DNA of 64,000 bases from Flavobacterium sp. (GCA_029946065.1 JAQSDU010000004.1:35201-99200); one strand, 5' to 3'; shown: positions 8,995 to 18,759, numbered from the stretch's first letter. Notes: generated by a model from the letters alone, not told the origin. Program-made: numbers and translations.

Positions 8995-9030
8995 AAAACA
9001 AAAAAACCTTCATTTCTTGCGAGATGAAGG
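8995..9030 (-). terminator. Rho-independent terminator of the skp-like gene
   Basis: On the minus strand, stem CCTTCAT / ATGAAGG (9007..9013 / 9024..9030) is followed by a run of about 12 U (A-run 8995..9006 on the plus strand). Confidence 0.7.
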
Positions 9031-9053
9031 CTGCATTTATACTTATTAATTTG

Positions 9054-9635
9054 TTATTTTTTTTCTTCTGTTTTTGCAGGAGATTCTGTTTTTACTTCTT
9101 TTTTTGCACCGGCATATTTGTCGTTCAATAAAGTAGTAATTTCTTTTGTGATGTTGAATTTGTCTTCGGCGTAAAGTACCGATTCTGCATCGCCAGTACC
9201 ATAAATCCATGAGTAGCCTTTTTCCTTACCGTATGCTTTGATGGCTTTTTTCATGGTGTTCGTCATGGTATCCATTTCAACTGCCATTTCCTGCTGAAGT
9301 TGCTGGCTGATGCTTTGTTGCGCATATTGTAATTGCTCTTTTCTTTGCATAAGTTGTGGTCCGTATTGCTCGGCCCAGGCTTGCCCGTTGGCCCGTGCAT
9401 TTTTCTCAAAATTTTCAGAATCAGATTTAAATCTTGCAATCTCCGCTTCGAGTTTGTGGCCCATTTCTTCCGATTTGGCTTTGTATTTTTCCTGAAGGTC
9501 TTTTGCTTCTGTTGAATTCTTCATCAATTCTGCGGTATCGATATACGCCAATTTTGATTCTTTTGCGGTTTCAGTTGCTTTGTTGCACGAAATAATCGAA
9601 AGTGCTAATGCTATAACTACTATTACTTTTTTCAT
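9054..9635 (-). CDS. OmpH/Skp-family periplasmic chaperone (lipoprotein signal)
   Basis: The internal start MKKVIVVIALALSIISC has a lipobox Cys. The coiled-coil region ...AYIDTAELMKNSTEAKDLQEKYKAKSEEM... is typical of the OmpH family. The 21 codons upstream of this start in the ORF track are judged spurious. Confidence 0.7.
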   Translation of the reverse strand: MKKVIVVIALALSIISCNKATETAKESKLAYIDTAELMKNSTEAKDLQEKYKAKSEEMGHKLEAEIARFKSDSENFEKNARANGQAWAEQYGPQLMQRKEQLQYAQQSISQQLQQEMAVEMDTMTNTMKKAIKAYGKEKGYSWIYGTGDAESVLYAEDKFNITKEITTLLNDKYAGAKKEVKTESPAKTEEKK

Positions 9636-9695
9636 TCTGTTCTGTTTTTCTTTATGTTTTTTTAATTGGCTCCAAAAATAGGAAAAAATAATTTG

Positions 9696-9703
9696 CAAAT
9701 TTA
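9696..9703 (-). promoter_or_regulatory. Candidate -7 box TAAATTTG (minus strand)
   Basis: The reverse complement of CAAATTTA matches TAnnTTTG. It lies 61 nt upstream of the skp-like start. Confidence 0.35.
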
Positions 9704-9891
9704 AAAAGATGCGGATTGGGTTTTTTTGTGCTTTTTCGTCGTATAAGAATTTTCTATTGCTTTTAAATTAATCATTGCCGTCTCTTATAGAAATGCGCTT
9801 TAAATAAAGCTTTTTAAGCGCCTTTTGGTTCATTTACAACTTGCCACTTATTTTAACCATAAATCATTCGAAAAAACTTCTTATTTCAGTT

Positions 9892-10737
9892 TTAAGCGTT
9901 TTTTATCACGTAAATATGAGACGAATATTCAAAATTTCTCTTCGCTTTGAGATTTGAACGCAATCCTATGAAAAATGCTTTCAGAAAATTCATTTTCCCG
10001 GTTTTGTATTTTTCGGAGAGCAGACTCACATAAAAAGCGTCAAATTGCATTGGAAGGATTTTCTCTAAATGCATATTTTCCTTTTCGAACAATTTTTTAA
10101 TCGCCGTTTTAGAGAAATGCCACAAATGTCTGGGCACATCATAAGCAGCCCAAAAAGCACCATAATGTTTTGCATCGTAGGAATTAAAATTCGGCACAGC
10201 AATAATAATATGTCCGTTAGGTTTTAAAAGCCGTTCTAATTCTGCGATCTGAAAATCCAAATCTGAAACATGTTCCAGCACGTGCCACATCGTAATAACA
10301 TCAAAACTATTGTTCTCGAATGCCATTGTGTTTTCAAAAAGAACAATGTCTTTTTTTGCTGCGATGCTCCTTGCCTTTTCACTTGGTTCAACACCTGTCG
10401 TTGTCCAGTTGTTTTGTTTTGCTCTTATTAAAAAATCACCTGTTCCCGCACCAATATCGAGCAAATTACCTTTGCGTTCTGATAGTGAATTGATCAAAGA
10501 AACCTTCTTGTTTAAGGCAATGTTTTTGATAAAATGGTACATCTTTTCAAACAATGACCTTTTGGCATCTGTGTGCGAAATATAATCGTCACTTTCATAA
10601 TAACGTCCTAAATCGGCTGGTTTGGGTTTTGGCGTCGTAATGAGCATGTCGAGATTTTCATCTTTATATAACTCGAAAATTTCTCCCGAAACGGAAAAAT
10701 CTTTTACAGACAAAAAGTGTTTTTGAGAAGCGTCCAT
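9892..10737 (-). CDS. Class I SAM-dependent methyltransferase
   Basis: 281 aa with motif I LLDIGAGTGDFL, plus DVITMWHVLEHV and the post-I/II pattern. Its start overlaps the upstream stop by 1 nt (TAATG). Confidence 0.8.
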   Translation of the reverse strand: MDASQKHFLSVKDFSVSGEIFELYKDENLDMLITTPKPKPADLGRYYESDDYISHTDAKRSLFEKMYHFIKNIALNKKVSLINSLSERKGNLLDIGAGTGDFLIRAKQNNWTTTGVEPSEKARSIAAKKDIVLFENTMAFENNSFDVITMWHVLEHVSDLDFQIAELERLLKPNGHIIIAVPNFNSYDAKHYGAFWAAYDVPRHLWHFSKTAIKKLFEKENMHLEKILPMQFDAFYVSLLSEKYKTGKMNFLKAFFIGLRSNLKAKRNFEYSSHIYVIKNA

Positions 10738-11255
10738 TATAGTTTTAAAAAATCGTCTTTTAAAGTTTTGAGATAATTGATCGTAATGTTGTGAAAAATA
10801 GATTGTTCAGAAAGGCAATCTTCGTTGTTGGCGCTTATCACAGAAATGGCGATGAATTTTGGAATATTAACTGTTGCTTCTGTTTCTGGTTGCAAATTGG
10901 TAATGATGAATTTTGACGTATCGAAGTACTTTTCCAACTCAGGATTGTCATAAACGAGCATTTGAAAGTGCTGTCCGTCGATTGTAATATCGAATTCTTT
11001 TTCATTTAAATCAACTGACTTATACCGCGAAACCAGAAATTTTTGGAACAAGATATCTCTTCTTGTACTTTCAAAAATAAAGGCGTTGAGTGGTTTTGTG
11101 CCGATAGCTGTTTTGCCATTTTCCAAAATAAGATAATCTGGAATGGTTTGTCGTTCTCTGGCAGCATTGCAAGCACATAAAGTAAAAATCAAAACAATTA
11201 TTGCCGCAATCCCTTTACTAATAAGGTTTTTTATAGTTCGTTCCACGTGAAACAT
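10737..11255 (-). CDS. Hypothetical lipoprotein/secreted protein
   Basis: 172 aa with a hydrophobic N-terminus ending ...IFTLCAC (lipobox-like). No family was recognised. The first codons (MFHVE) are encoded by a repeated palindromic element. Confidence 0.5.
   Translation of the reverse strand: MFHVERTIKNLISKGIAAIIVLIFTLCACNAARERQTIPDYLILENGKTAIGTKPLNAFIFESTRRDILFQKFLVSRYKSVDLNEKEFDITIDGQHFQMLVYDNPELEKYFDTSKFIITNLQPETEATVNIPKFIAISVISANNEDCLSEQSIFHNITINYLKTLKDDFLKL
11240..11253. repeat. Palindromic element GTTCCACGTGAAAC, copy 1
   Basis: Read directly. It sits 4 nt after the mnmG stop codon (11257..11259) and overlaps the start codon of the next gene. Confidence 0.9.
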
Positions 11256-11256
11256 A

Positions 11257-13128
11257 TTATCTTCCCATGTGTATTAAAAGTACTGAAATATCACTTGGCG
11301 AAACGCCGCTGACTCTCGAAGCTTGTGATATGGTTACTGGACGTATTTTCGTGAGTTTTTGTTTCGCTTCTATCGACATTGATTTTATTTTGGTGTAATC
11401 GAAATCTTCGGGGATTTTTACATCCTCAAGACGTGTTAGCTTATCGGCGTTATTTCTTTCTTTATCGATATAACCGGAATACTTAACTTGTATTTCTGCC
11501 TGCTCCAAAATCTCCTGATCCACATTGTTTGTCGCGACATATTCTTTTACTTTATCAAGCAGCAACATGTCGTTTAAATCGATTTGCGGACGCGATAAAA
11601 CCTTAAACATCTTGTCTGATTGATTGACCAACGCCGATTCTTTTGCTTCCAATATTGGGTTAATTTCAGCAACAGTGACACTTGTCTCTTTGAAGAAGTT
11701 GACCATTTTCTCGGATTCATTCAGTTTGTGTTCCATCCTTCGCAAGCGCTTTTCCGAAGCCAATCCGATTTCATAGGACATTGGTGTCAATCTAAAATCG
11801 GCATTGTCCTGACGCAAAAGCGTTCTGTATTCCGCACGGGAAGTAAACATTCTGTAAGGCTCTTCTGTGCCTTTTGTAATCAAATCGTCTATCAAAACAC
11901 CAATATAAGCCTCATCTCGTTTAAGAATTAAAGGTTCTTTTTCATGAACTTTTAAATGCGCATTGATTCCGGCCATTAAACCTTGCGAAGCGGCTTCTTC
12001 ATAACCCGTAGTGCCATTAATCTGTCCGGCGAAATACAAGCCTTCAATGAGCTTGGTCTCTAAAGTATGCTTTAATTGTGTCGGTGGAAAATAATCGTAT
12101 TCGATGGCATATCCCGGGCGGAAAAACTTCACCTTTTCAAAACCCGCAACAGAGCGAAGTGCTTTGAATTGTATGTCTTCCGGAAGCGATGTGGAAAACC
12201 CATTTACATAAACTTCTACCGTATCCCACCCTTCGGGCTCAACAAATAACTGGTGCCTTTCTTTGTCTGCAAATCGATTGATTTTATCTTCAATTGACGG
12301 ACAATATCTAGGGCCGATGCTTTGAATTCTGCCGTTGAACATTGGCGAACGATCAAAACCTTCCCGCAGAATATCATGAACTTCCAAAGAAGTATAAGTC
12401 ATGTGACAGGATTTTTGATGTAACAACGGTTTCGTTTCATCAGAATAAGAAAATTTATCCGGCCGCTCGTCACCTTTTTCTTCGTTCATCTTGGAGTAAT
12501 CTAACGATCTACCATCAACACGTGGTGGCGTCCCGGTTTTCATTCTACCCGATTCGAAGCCGGCATTCACCAAATCTTCGGTAATGCCATAAGCGGCACT
12601 CTCGCCTGCCCTTCCGCCTCCGAATTGTTTCTCACCAATGTGGATCAATCCATTTAAAAAAGTGCCGTTGGTAAGCACAACAGATTTAGAGCGGATTTCT
12701 AATCCAAGAGAAGTTTTGATGCCTTTAATTTTTCCGCTTTCAATGATAAGCCCTTTAACCATTTCCTGATAGAAGTCAAGATTTGGTGTACGCTCCATCA
12801 TCAAGCGCCATTCTTCTGCGAAACGCATTCTGTCACTTTGTACACGTGGCGACCACATGGCAGGGCCTTTGGATTTATTGAGCATCTTGAATTGAATAGC
12901 GGTCTTGTCTGAAACAATTCCAGAATAGCCGCCGAGCGCGTCAATCTCACGAACAATTTGCCCTTTCGCAATACCGCCCATAGCAGGATTACAAGACATT
13001 TGCGCAATGTTTTGCAAGCTCATGGTCACCAACAATGTCTTAGAACCCATGTTCGCAGCAGCAGCAGCAGCTTCTGACCCAGCGTGACCAGCACCAACAA
13101 CAATCACATCGTATTCTTCCTGAAACAT
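11257..13128 (-). CDS. mnmG: tRNA uridine-5-carboxymethylaminomethyl(34) synthesis enzyme MnmG (GidA)
   Basis: 623 aa. It has the FAD motif YDVIVVGAGHAGSEAA and conserved GQINGTTGYEEAA. The length and C-terminal domain are typical of MnmG. Confidence 0.95.
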   Translation of the reverse strand: MFQEEYDVIVVGAGHAGSEAAAAAANMGSKTLLVTMSLQNIAQMSCNPAMGGIAKGQIVREIDALGGYSGIVSDKTAIQFKMLNKSKGPAMWSPRVQSDRMRFAEEWRLMMERTPNLDFYQEMVKGLIIESGKIKGIKTSLGLEIRSKSVVLTNGTFLNGLIHIGEKQFGGGRAGESAAYGITEDLVNAGFESGRMKTGTPPRVDGRSLDYSKMNEEKGDERPDKFSYSDETKPLLHQKSCHMTYTSLEVHDILREGFDRSPMFNGRIQSIGPRYCPSIEDKINRFADKERHQLFVEPEGWDTVEVYVNGFSTSLPEDIQFKALRSVAGFEKVKFFRPGYAIEYDYFPPTQLKHTLETKLIEGLYFAGQINGTTGYEEAASQGLMAGINAHLKVHEKEPLILKRDEAYIGVLIDDLITKGTEEPYRMFTSRAEYRTLLRQDNADFRLTPMSYEIGLASEKRLRRMEHKLNESEKMVNFFKETSVTVAEINPILEAKESALVNQSDKMFKVLSRPQIDLNDMLLLDKVKEYVATNNVDQEILEQAEIQVKYSGYIDKERNNADKLTRLEDVKIPEDFDYTKIKSMSIEAKQKLTKIRPVTISQASRVSGVSPSDISVLLIHMGR

Positions 13129-13147
13129 TCTTTATCTTTCTAATTTA

Positions 13148-13169
13148 AATGTTCCACGTGAAACATTTA
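13148..13169. repeat. Palindromic element AAATGTTCCACGTGAAACATTT, copy 2
   Basis: Read directly. It is intergenic between the ybeY stop and the mnmG start. Confidence 0.9.
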
Positions 13170-13191
13170 TTGTTACTCCCGCATTTAAATC

Positions 13192-13611
13192 CTATTGTTC
13201 CACGTGAAACAATCTGATTTTCTCATCTTCTTTATTGCGCATTACTCGTTCGTCGGATTCGGATTTATCTTTGTATCCGCAGTAATGCAATATTCCGTGC
13301 ACCAACACTCTTTTTAGTTCTTCGTCGAAGGAAACCTTAAAATCAGCCGCATTATCCTTTACTCTTTCTACAGAAACAAAAATATCTCCATGTAATTCAT
13401 TTCCTACAGAATAATCAAAACTAATAATGTCGGTTAACGTATCGTGTTGAAGGTACTCAACGTTGATTTTATGCAAATAATCATCGTCGCAAAACACATA
13501 ATTGATTTCTCCTTCCGATTTTTCTTCGGACAGAATCACCTCAGAAAGCCAGTTGGCATATGCCTCTTCGTTACTTAATTCAAAGTCCGTCTCGTAATTA
13601 AAACTAATCAT
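13192..13611 (-). CDS. ybeY: rRNA maturation endoribonuclease YbeY
   Basis: Zinc motif HGILHYCGY. The internal start MISFNYETDF is preferred because the ATG overlaps the upstream gene's stop in ATGATTAG (8-nt overlap). Confidence 0.9.
   Translation of the reverse strand: MISFNYETDFELSNEEAYANWLSEVILSEEKSEGEINYVFCDDDYLHKINVEYLQHDTLTDIISFDYSVGNELHGDIFVSVERVKDNAADFKVSFDEELKRVLVHGILHYCGYKDKSESDERVMRNKEDEKIRLFHVEQ
13194..13213. repeat. Palindromic element ATTGTTCCACGTGAAACAAT, copy 3
   Basis: Read directly. It overlaps the last codons and stop of ybeY (encodes ...FHVEQ*). Confidence 0.9.
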
Positions 13612-16600
13612 TCTTCTTAAAATATTCCTGAACCTTCTGGTCAAAATTGGAGCGCAAAGGTAAGCTTTGTCTGTTTAATATCTCAACACTGTTTAAATAT
13701 TGTTGCAAAGCTGGGCTAAGCGCATTTGTTTGGTTGTTAAATTCCTTTTTATTGGTTTGCGATTGACGCTTCTTTTCTTCACCTTGTTGCTGAATGGCTT
13801 TGTCAAGTTTAAGCAACTCTTGCTTGACGTTTAAAATCTTTTGAAGCACTTCGTTTTTGAAACCTTTGTTCAATAATTGCTTTTCGATGTCTTTCATTTG
13901 GTTGAGCGCATTTTGACCGTTACCGCCCATACCTTGTTTGTCTAGCTCTTTTTGTAAAGCATCACGAAGCGCTCTTTGTTCTTGATAAATACGCATGACA
14001 TCTCCAGCATTTCCTTCGCCATCTTGACCGTTTTCACCGCCTTGTCCTCCTTCTCCTTTTTGTCCAGGTTTCTCGCCTTTACCTTCTTTCCCATCGCCTT
14101 TTTTACCCCCGGGTTTATCCCCGGGTTTATCCCCCGGCTTGTCTCCTTTCTTCATCCCGTCTTTCATTTTCTGGCCTAACGCATCTTGCTTTTGAATGAT
14201 GTCTGGCAATTGCATGCCTTCACCTTGACCGGGCTTTGGTTTGCCAGCACCCATTCCGGACATCGACATCTGCATCCCGTTGAGTACTTCGCTCAACATG
14301 TCAGCTAATTTATTGGCAGAAGAAATAGCATACTGCTGGTGGGAAACGCCTTTGGCAACTAATGATTCTACTAAATTTTCAAGTGATTTGTCAAGGTTAT
14401 AATGCACATTGCCGACTTCTTTATTGATCTCTTCACTGATCTTAGGATTCCGCAATGACAAAGCAAACAAACTATCATCAACGTGCTTAAATTGCTGCTT
14501 TAAATCTTGCTGATTCTTCAGGTTCTTGTTGAACGACGGCGCTGCTCTTTTTAATCCTTTAAATTGGTTCATAAGATTTTCTTCAGAAAAGGAGAACGCC
14601 AGAAGATTGTCAAGAATTTGCCTGAGCATTGCGGTATCTTCTTCCAGTTGTTCCATTTCGCCGCCTTGCATACTTTCTGCCATTTTAGCGCTCATCTGTT
14701 TCATCTTTTTAGAAGCGCTTTTTTGCTTTGGCTTGGCTTTGTCTTTATTCTCCTTTTGCAATTCTTCCGCCGCTTTCTTCAAATCTTCGTCGATACTTTT
14801 CTCTTTTTCAGCATCCTTCGGAATCTCCATTGGCGCTTTTAACTCTTTGTTCTCTTTATCAAGCTCTTTGAGCTCTTCCTGAATTTTATCGAATTCTTTG
14901 TTGATTTCGTCTTGTTTATCCGAGTTGTTTTCTTTATCCTTTTCAGCCAAATTATCTTGCTTGTCCGCAAGTTTATCTAACTTATCGGCAATCTGCTCCG
15001 CTTTCTTTTCTACATAATAACGCTTGGTCAACTCAACGAGTTGTTGCAAATTTTTAGATTGGTTTTTAGCATTTTGCTTGATCTTATCCATCTTTTCGAT
15101 CAAATCTTCCTGCTTGATTTTGTCGTTGAGTTCTTTCAATTCGTCTAAAAGCTTTTGGGTCTCTTCTGAAACTTTTTCGGCTTTCTCGATTTTATCTAGC
15201 AACTGATCTTTGAATTCATCTTTCTTCTCCGATTTGAAATCCTTGAGGTTTTCCTTCATTTTCTCGGAAAATTGCTTCATCATTTCGTCTTGCTGTTTTT
15301 GCTTTTTCACGAAATCTTCAATCTTCATTTGGTCTTTAAAGTCCAAATTTTCTTTTTCCTTGGTCATTTTCTGAAGTTTCTCCAAATCGCTCATTTGCTT
15401 GTCTTGATTCTTCAAAGATTTTTCCAAACTACTGATATTGCTATTTTGTTCCTGCAACATCTTGTCCTCTTTCTCTTCATTCGTTTCAACGCGATTGGAG
15501 AAAACCGACGACTTCGTCCCTTTATAACCATGCGGCGCATCATTGTCGAAAATTTCAAAATAATATTCATACGAAACACCTTGTTCCACGGGAAGCGTTC
15601 CCGGAAAACTATAAATGAACTGGTCAAAAACATCGCGCTTAACGGCAATCCCTAATTTTCTTCCAGCTTCTGGCTTTCCTTTCGGATAATAAACAATCTG
15701 TAGCCTTGACAAGCCGTAATCATCCGAAACGCGACCAATTACGACACTTTTATCTACTTTTAAACTATCTGGAGCATTGCTGACCGTGATTGTAGGAAAC
15801 TGGTCTTTGATTACAGAAATCTGGTAATTAAGTTTTTCGTAATGCTGCACCTTTGCATTCGATGTAAGAATCTGGTAATCTGTATTTTGAATAATATTTT
15901 TAGACAATGTAAAATTGTTTTCCGATACAGCAAAAGGGGTTGCGCCTTTTAAATCCGACCATTCTACTGTTTTTGTAGCCAAAGCGGCCACTTTCCACGT
16001 CACCCGCGTACCTTCTGGCACGATGGCATTTCCGGTCCCTTTGACTAACTCCAATTTTTTGTTAAGATATCCCGGGAAATTCAAAACCATTTCAAAATTG
16101 GCGATTGTTGGAACCGCAACAACAGCGAGTTCATATTCTGACGAAGACACTTCATTCGCCTCAACATGGAACTCAGTATTCTTTACAGGTTTTTCAAATT
16201 TGTATTCAAACACGCCCGGCGAAACCGTTTCCATGAAATACCTTTCATTATTGATATAAATTACGGCGGATTCCGGGACCACCTTTCCTTCAGATTTCAT
16301 TTTCAACACAAAATCGTTGCCTTGTTCTGTTTGTAAATTTTCGTTTACAACAATCAATTGAAAAGGTGCCGGAGGCAAAAACTGCTGTTTGAAATGCACC
16401 ACGCGATTGAGGCTCTGGGAAATCATTCCGCTATTTCCGGAAATATAAAAGAACGCAAAAAACAAAACCGGTATGATTGCCAAAGGCAAATATTTTCTGT
16501 TTTTATTGTAATTGACCGCATTTCCAAATGGAATGGGTTGCAAATTTGCCGCCTTCTGCGCTATCGAAGCCAACAGCAGTTCCGATTGGTTTTTGTCGTC

Positions 16601-16945
16601 GGACAATTGTAGGAAATTCGTAAGCTTGTCGCTAACCTCGGTAAAATGATTCCCGATAATTTTTGAAGCGTCGTTATAATCAATTCCTTTGCGTATTTTG
16701 AGTAGTTTCGAAATCGGAAACAAGATAAATCTTCCGACCAAAAATAATTCCACAGCAATAAATATCCAGAACAAGAAAGTTCTTCCGGTTGGTTTAAGCC
16801 AAAGGAAATATTCCACAAACAGCGTAAACAACAGATAAATCAATCCGAGACCGACAAAGAAAATTGTGCCGCGCAGCAATTCGTTCGTATAATACTTTTT
16901 GATAAAAGCTTCTAATTTCTGATAAATGAGCGATGTGGTTTCCAA
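13604..16945 (-). CDS. Large membrane-anchored coiled-coil protein (possibly DUF4175-like), function unknown
   Basis: 1113 aa. It has N-terminal TM segments, a beta-rich middle, about 350 aa of K/E/D-rich coiled coil, and a G/K/P low-complexity tract (KGDKPGDKPGDKPGGKKGDGKEGKGEKPGQKGEGGQGG). The family name is recalled from memory only. Confidence 0.6.
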   Translation of the reverse strand: METTSLIYQKLEAFIKKYYTNELLRGTIFFVGLGLIYLLFTLFVEYFLWLKPTGRTFLFWIFIAVELFLVGRFILFPISKLLKIRKGIDYNDASKIIGNHFTEVSDKLTNFLQLSDDKNQSELLLASIAQKAANLQPIPFGNAVNYNKNRKYLPLAIIPVLFFAFFYISGNSGMISQSLNRVVHFKQQFLPPAPFQLIVVNENLQTEQGNDFVLKMKSEGKVVPESAVIYINNERYFMETVSPGVFEYKFEKPVKNTEFHVEANEVSSSEYELAVVAVPTIANFEMVLNFPGYLNKKLELVKGTGNAIVPEGTRVTWKVAALATKTVEWSDLKGATPFAVSENNFTLSKNIIQNTDYQILTSNAKVQHYEKLNYQISVIKDQFPTITVSNAPDSLKVDKSVVIGRVSDDYGLSRLQIVYYPKGKPEAGRKLGIAVKRDVFDQFIYSFPGTLPVEQGVSYEYYFEIFDNDAPHGYKGTKSSVFSNRVETNEEKEDKMLQEQNSNISSLEKSLKNQDKQMSDLEKLQKMTKEKENLDFKDQMKIEDFVKKQKQQDEMMKQFSEKMKENLKDFKSEKKDEFKDQLLDKIEKAEKVSEETQKLLDELKELNDKIKQEDLIEKMDKIKQNAKNQSKNLQQLVELTKRYYVEKKAEQIADKLDKLADKQDNLAEKDKENNSDKQDEINKEFDKIQEELKELDKENKELKAPMEIPKDAEKEKSIDEDLKKAAEELQKENKDKAKPKQKSASKKMKQMSAKMAESMQGGEMEQLEEDTAMLRQILDNLLAFSFSEENLMNQFKGLKRAAPSFNKNLKNQQDLKQQFKHVDDSLFALSLRNPKISEEINKEVGNVHYNLDKSLENLVESLVAKGVSHQQYAISSANKLADMLSEVLNGMQMSMSGMGAGKPKPGQGEGMQLPDIIQKQDALGQKMKDGMKKGDKPGDKPGDKPGGKKGDGKEGKGEKPGQKGEGGQGGENGQDGEGNAGDVMRIYQEQRALRDALQKELDKQGMGGNGQNALNQMKDIEKQLLNKGFKNEVLQKILNVKQELLKLDKAIQQQGEEKKRQSQTNKKEFNNQTNALSPALQQYLNSVEILNRQSLPLRSNFDQKVQEYFKKND

Positions 16946-17125
16946 ATTTTGGGCAATTTTATTTATAACCGATAAAAGTAATAATTTATATGAATAAAGA
17001 AATGTTAAATTGGTGTTAGGTTTTGTGTGTTCGGTTTTAGTACAATCGCAGTAAAATCAACGCCTCTTGACTTAGCGACAATCAAAATCACCAACACCTA
17101 CCACCCAAAACCCAACACCTTTTCC

Positions 17126-17133
17126 TATCTTTG
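17126..17133 (+). promoter_or_regulatory. Candidate -7 box TATCTTTG for gltX
   Basis: Matches TAnnTTTG and lies 17 nt upstream of ATG 17150. Confidence 0.45.
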
Positions 17134-17149
17134 CCCAAAATTTCACAAA

Positions 17150-18655
17150 ATGTCTAAGCAAGTTCGCGTGCGTTTTGCACCAAGTCCAACGGGACCTTTA
17201 CATATTGGCGGTGTCCGCACTGCCCTATTCAATTATTTATTTGCCAAAAAACACGGTGGTGTTTTCTATTTAAGAATTGAAGATACCGACCAAAATCGTT
17301 TCGTTCCCGGTGCTGAAGCCTATATTTTAGAAGCGTTGGAATGGCTTGGCATTGCACCGGAAGAAACCGTCGGGAAAAACGAGAAATTTGGTCCGTACCG
17401 CCAAAGCGAAAGAAAACATTTATACAAAGAATATGCTGACACGCTAATTACTTCGGGTTGGGCGTATTATGCTTTCGATACCGCCGAAGCTCTAGATGCA
17501 CACAGAAAACAGCACGAAGCGGAAGGAAAAACGTTTATTTACAACCATCACAATCGCGAAAAATTAGATACTTCTTTAGTGATTTCTAAGGAAGAAACGG
17601 AAAAAAGAATCGCCAATGGCGAAGATTTCGTCATTCGATTTAAAACACCCGTCGATGAAACTTTACACTTGCATGACATCATCCGCGGCGATATAAAGTT
17701 TGAAACCAATTTGCTCGACGACAAAGTTTTGTTCAAAAGCGATGGTATGCCAACCTATCATTTGGCGAATATTGTAGATGATCATTTAATGAAAACTACG
17801 CACGTAATCCGAGGCGAAGAATGGTTGCCATCAATGCCTTTGCACGTTTTATTGTACAAAGCTTTTGATTGGGAAGCGCCAGAATTTGCACATTTGCCTT
17901 TGATTTTAAAACCAGTCGGCAATGGGAAATTGTCAAAACGTGACGGCGATAAAATGGGGTTTCCCGTATTTCCTTTGGAATGGAAGTCAGAAGAAGGCGT
18001 TTCATCAGGCTATCGTGAAAAAGGATTTTTCCCGGAAGCAGTTATCAATTTCCTCGCTTTATTAGGCTGGAATGACGGCACCGATCAGGAATTATTTTCC
18101 CTCGAAGAACTGGCAGAAAAATTCGATTTGGGTCGCGTTCATAAAGCCGGCGCAAAATTCGACCCTGAAAAAAACAAATGGTTCAACCACCAATATTTAA
18201 TCAAACAAGACGACGATTCTTTAGCAAAAGCCTTTGCTCCTATCGTTTATGAAAAAGGAATCGATGTCGATTATACGACTTTAGTAAGAATTGTTGCATC
18301 AATAAAAGAACGCGCTGATTTTGTAGCTGATTTTTGGGATTTGAGCGATTTCTTTTTCGTTGCGCCAACTTCTTACGATGAAAAAGCGTCAAAAAACTGG
18401 AAAGAAGACACTTCCGGATTGATGTTACAATTGGTTTCCGTATTAGAAAACATCGAAAACTGGGACACTTTCGCCATCGAATCCATCGTAAAAGAATGGA
18501 TGACGGCAAATGAAATCGGCATGGGGAAAATCATGCAGCCATTCCGTTTGAGTCTTGTTGGTGCATTAAAAGGCCCGCATTTATTTGATATTGCTGAACT
18601 GATCGGGAAAGAAGAAACAGTTGCCAGATTGAGGGCAGCGGTAGCACATTTTTAA
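17150..18655 (+). CDS. gltX: Glutamate--tRNA ligase
   Basis: The start is taken at MSKQVRVRFAPSPTGPLHIGGVRTALFNYLFA (HIGH motif). The KMSKS variant is KLSKRDG. The 41 upstream codons in the ORF track are judged spurious. Confidence 0.95.
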   Translation: MSKQVRVRFAPSPTGPLHIGGVRTALFNYLFAKKHGGVFYLRIEDTDQNRFVPGAEAYILEALEWLGIAPEETVGKNEKFGPYRQSERKHLYKEYADTLITSGWAYYAFDTAEALDAHRKQHEAEGKTFIYNHHNREKLDTSLVISKEETEKRIANGEDFVIRFKTPVDETLHLHDIIRGDIKFETNLLDDKVLFKSDGMPTYHLANIVDDHLMKTTHVIRGEEWLPSMPLHVLLYKAFDWEAPEFAHLPLILKPVGNGKLSKRDGDKMGFPVFPLEWKSEEGVSSGYREKGFFPEAVINFLALLGWNDGTDQELFSLEELAEKFDLGRVHKAGAKFDPEKNKWFNHQYLIKQDDDSLAKAFAPIVYEKGIDVDYTTLVRIVASIKERADFVADFWDLSDFFFVAPTSYDEKASKNWKEDTSGLMLQLVSVLENIENWDTFAIESIVKEWMTANEIGMGKIMQPFRLSLVGALKGPHLFDIAELIGKEETVARLRAAVAHF

Positions 18656-18674
18656 TGAATAAATTCCGAAAAAC

Positions 18675-18732
18675 AAATCCCAGATAAATTCCAATGTTTG
18701 AAATTTCAATTGTTAGAATTTATTTGGGATTT
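18675..18732. terminator. Long hairpin between convergent genes (17-bp stem, one G-U)
   Basis: AAATCCCAGATAAATTC (18675..18691) pairs with GAATTTATTTGGGATTT (18716..18732). It shares flanking words with the hairpin at 32903..32956. Confidence 0.5.
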
Positions 18733-18759
18733 ATGATTTGAAAATCGAGATTTAATTAG

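Noticed and set aside
13976-16818. Many antisense or off-frame ORFs (e.g. 14526..14882, 15272..15655, 15915..16259, 16561..16818)
   Set aside because: They lie inside the 1113-aa K/E-rich gene. Low-complexity composition keeps other frames open, and their translations are S/F/L-rich nonsense.
17027-17149. N-terminal extensions suggested by the ORF track for gltX, with the same issue at 9636..9698, 13612..13644, 19384..19443, 23303..23332, 53022..53066 and 56635..56709
   Set aside because: The internal ATGs give canonical N-termini (HIGH motif context, signal peptides, the ColD MIKYPLASSTW start). They also match -7 boxes or stop/start overlaps. The extensions have no homology-like sequence.
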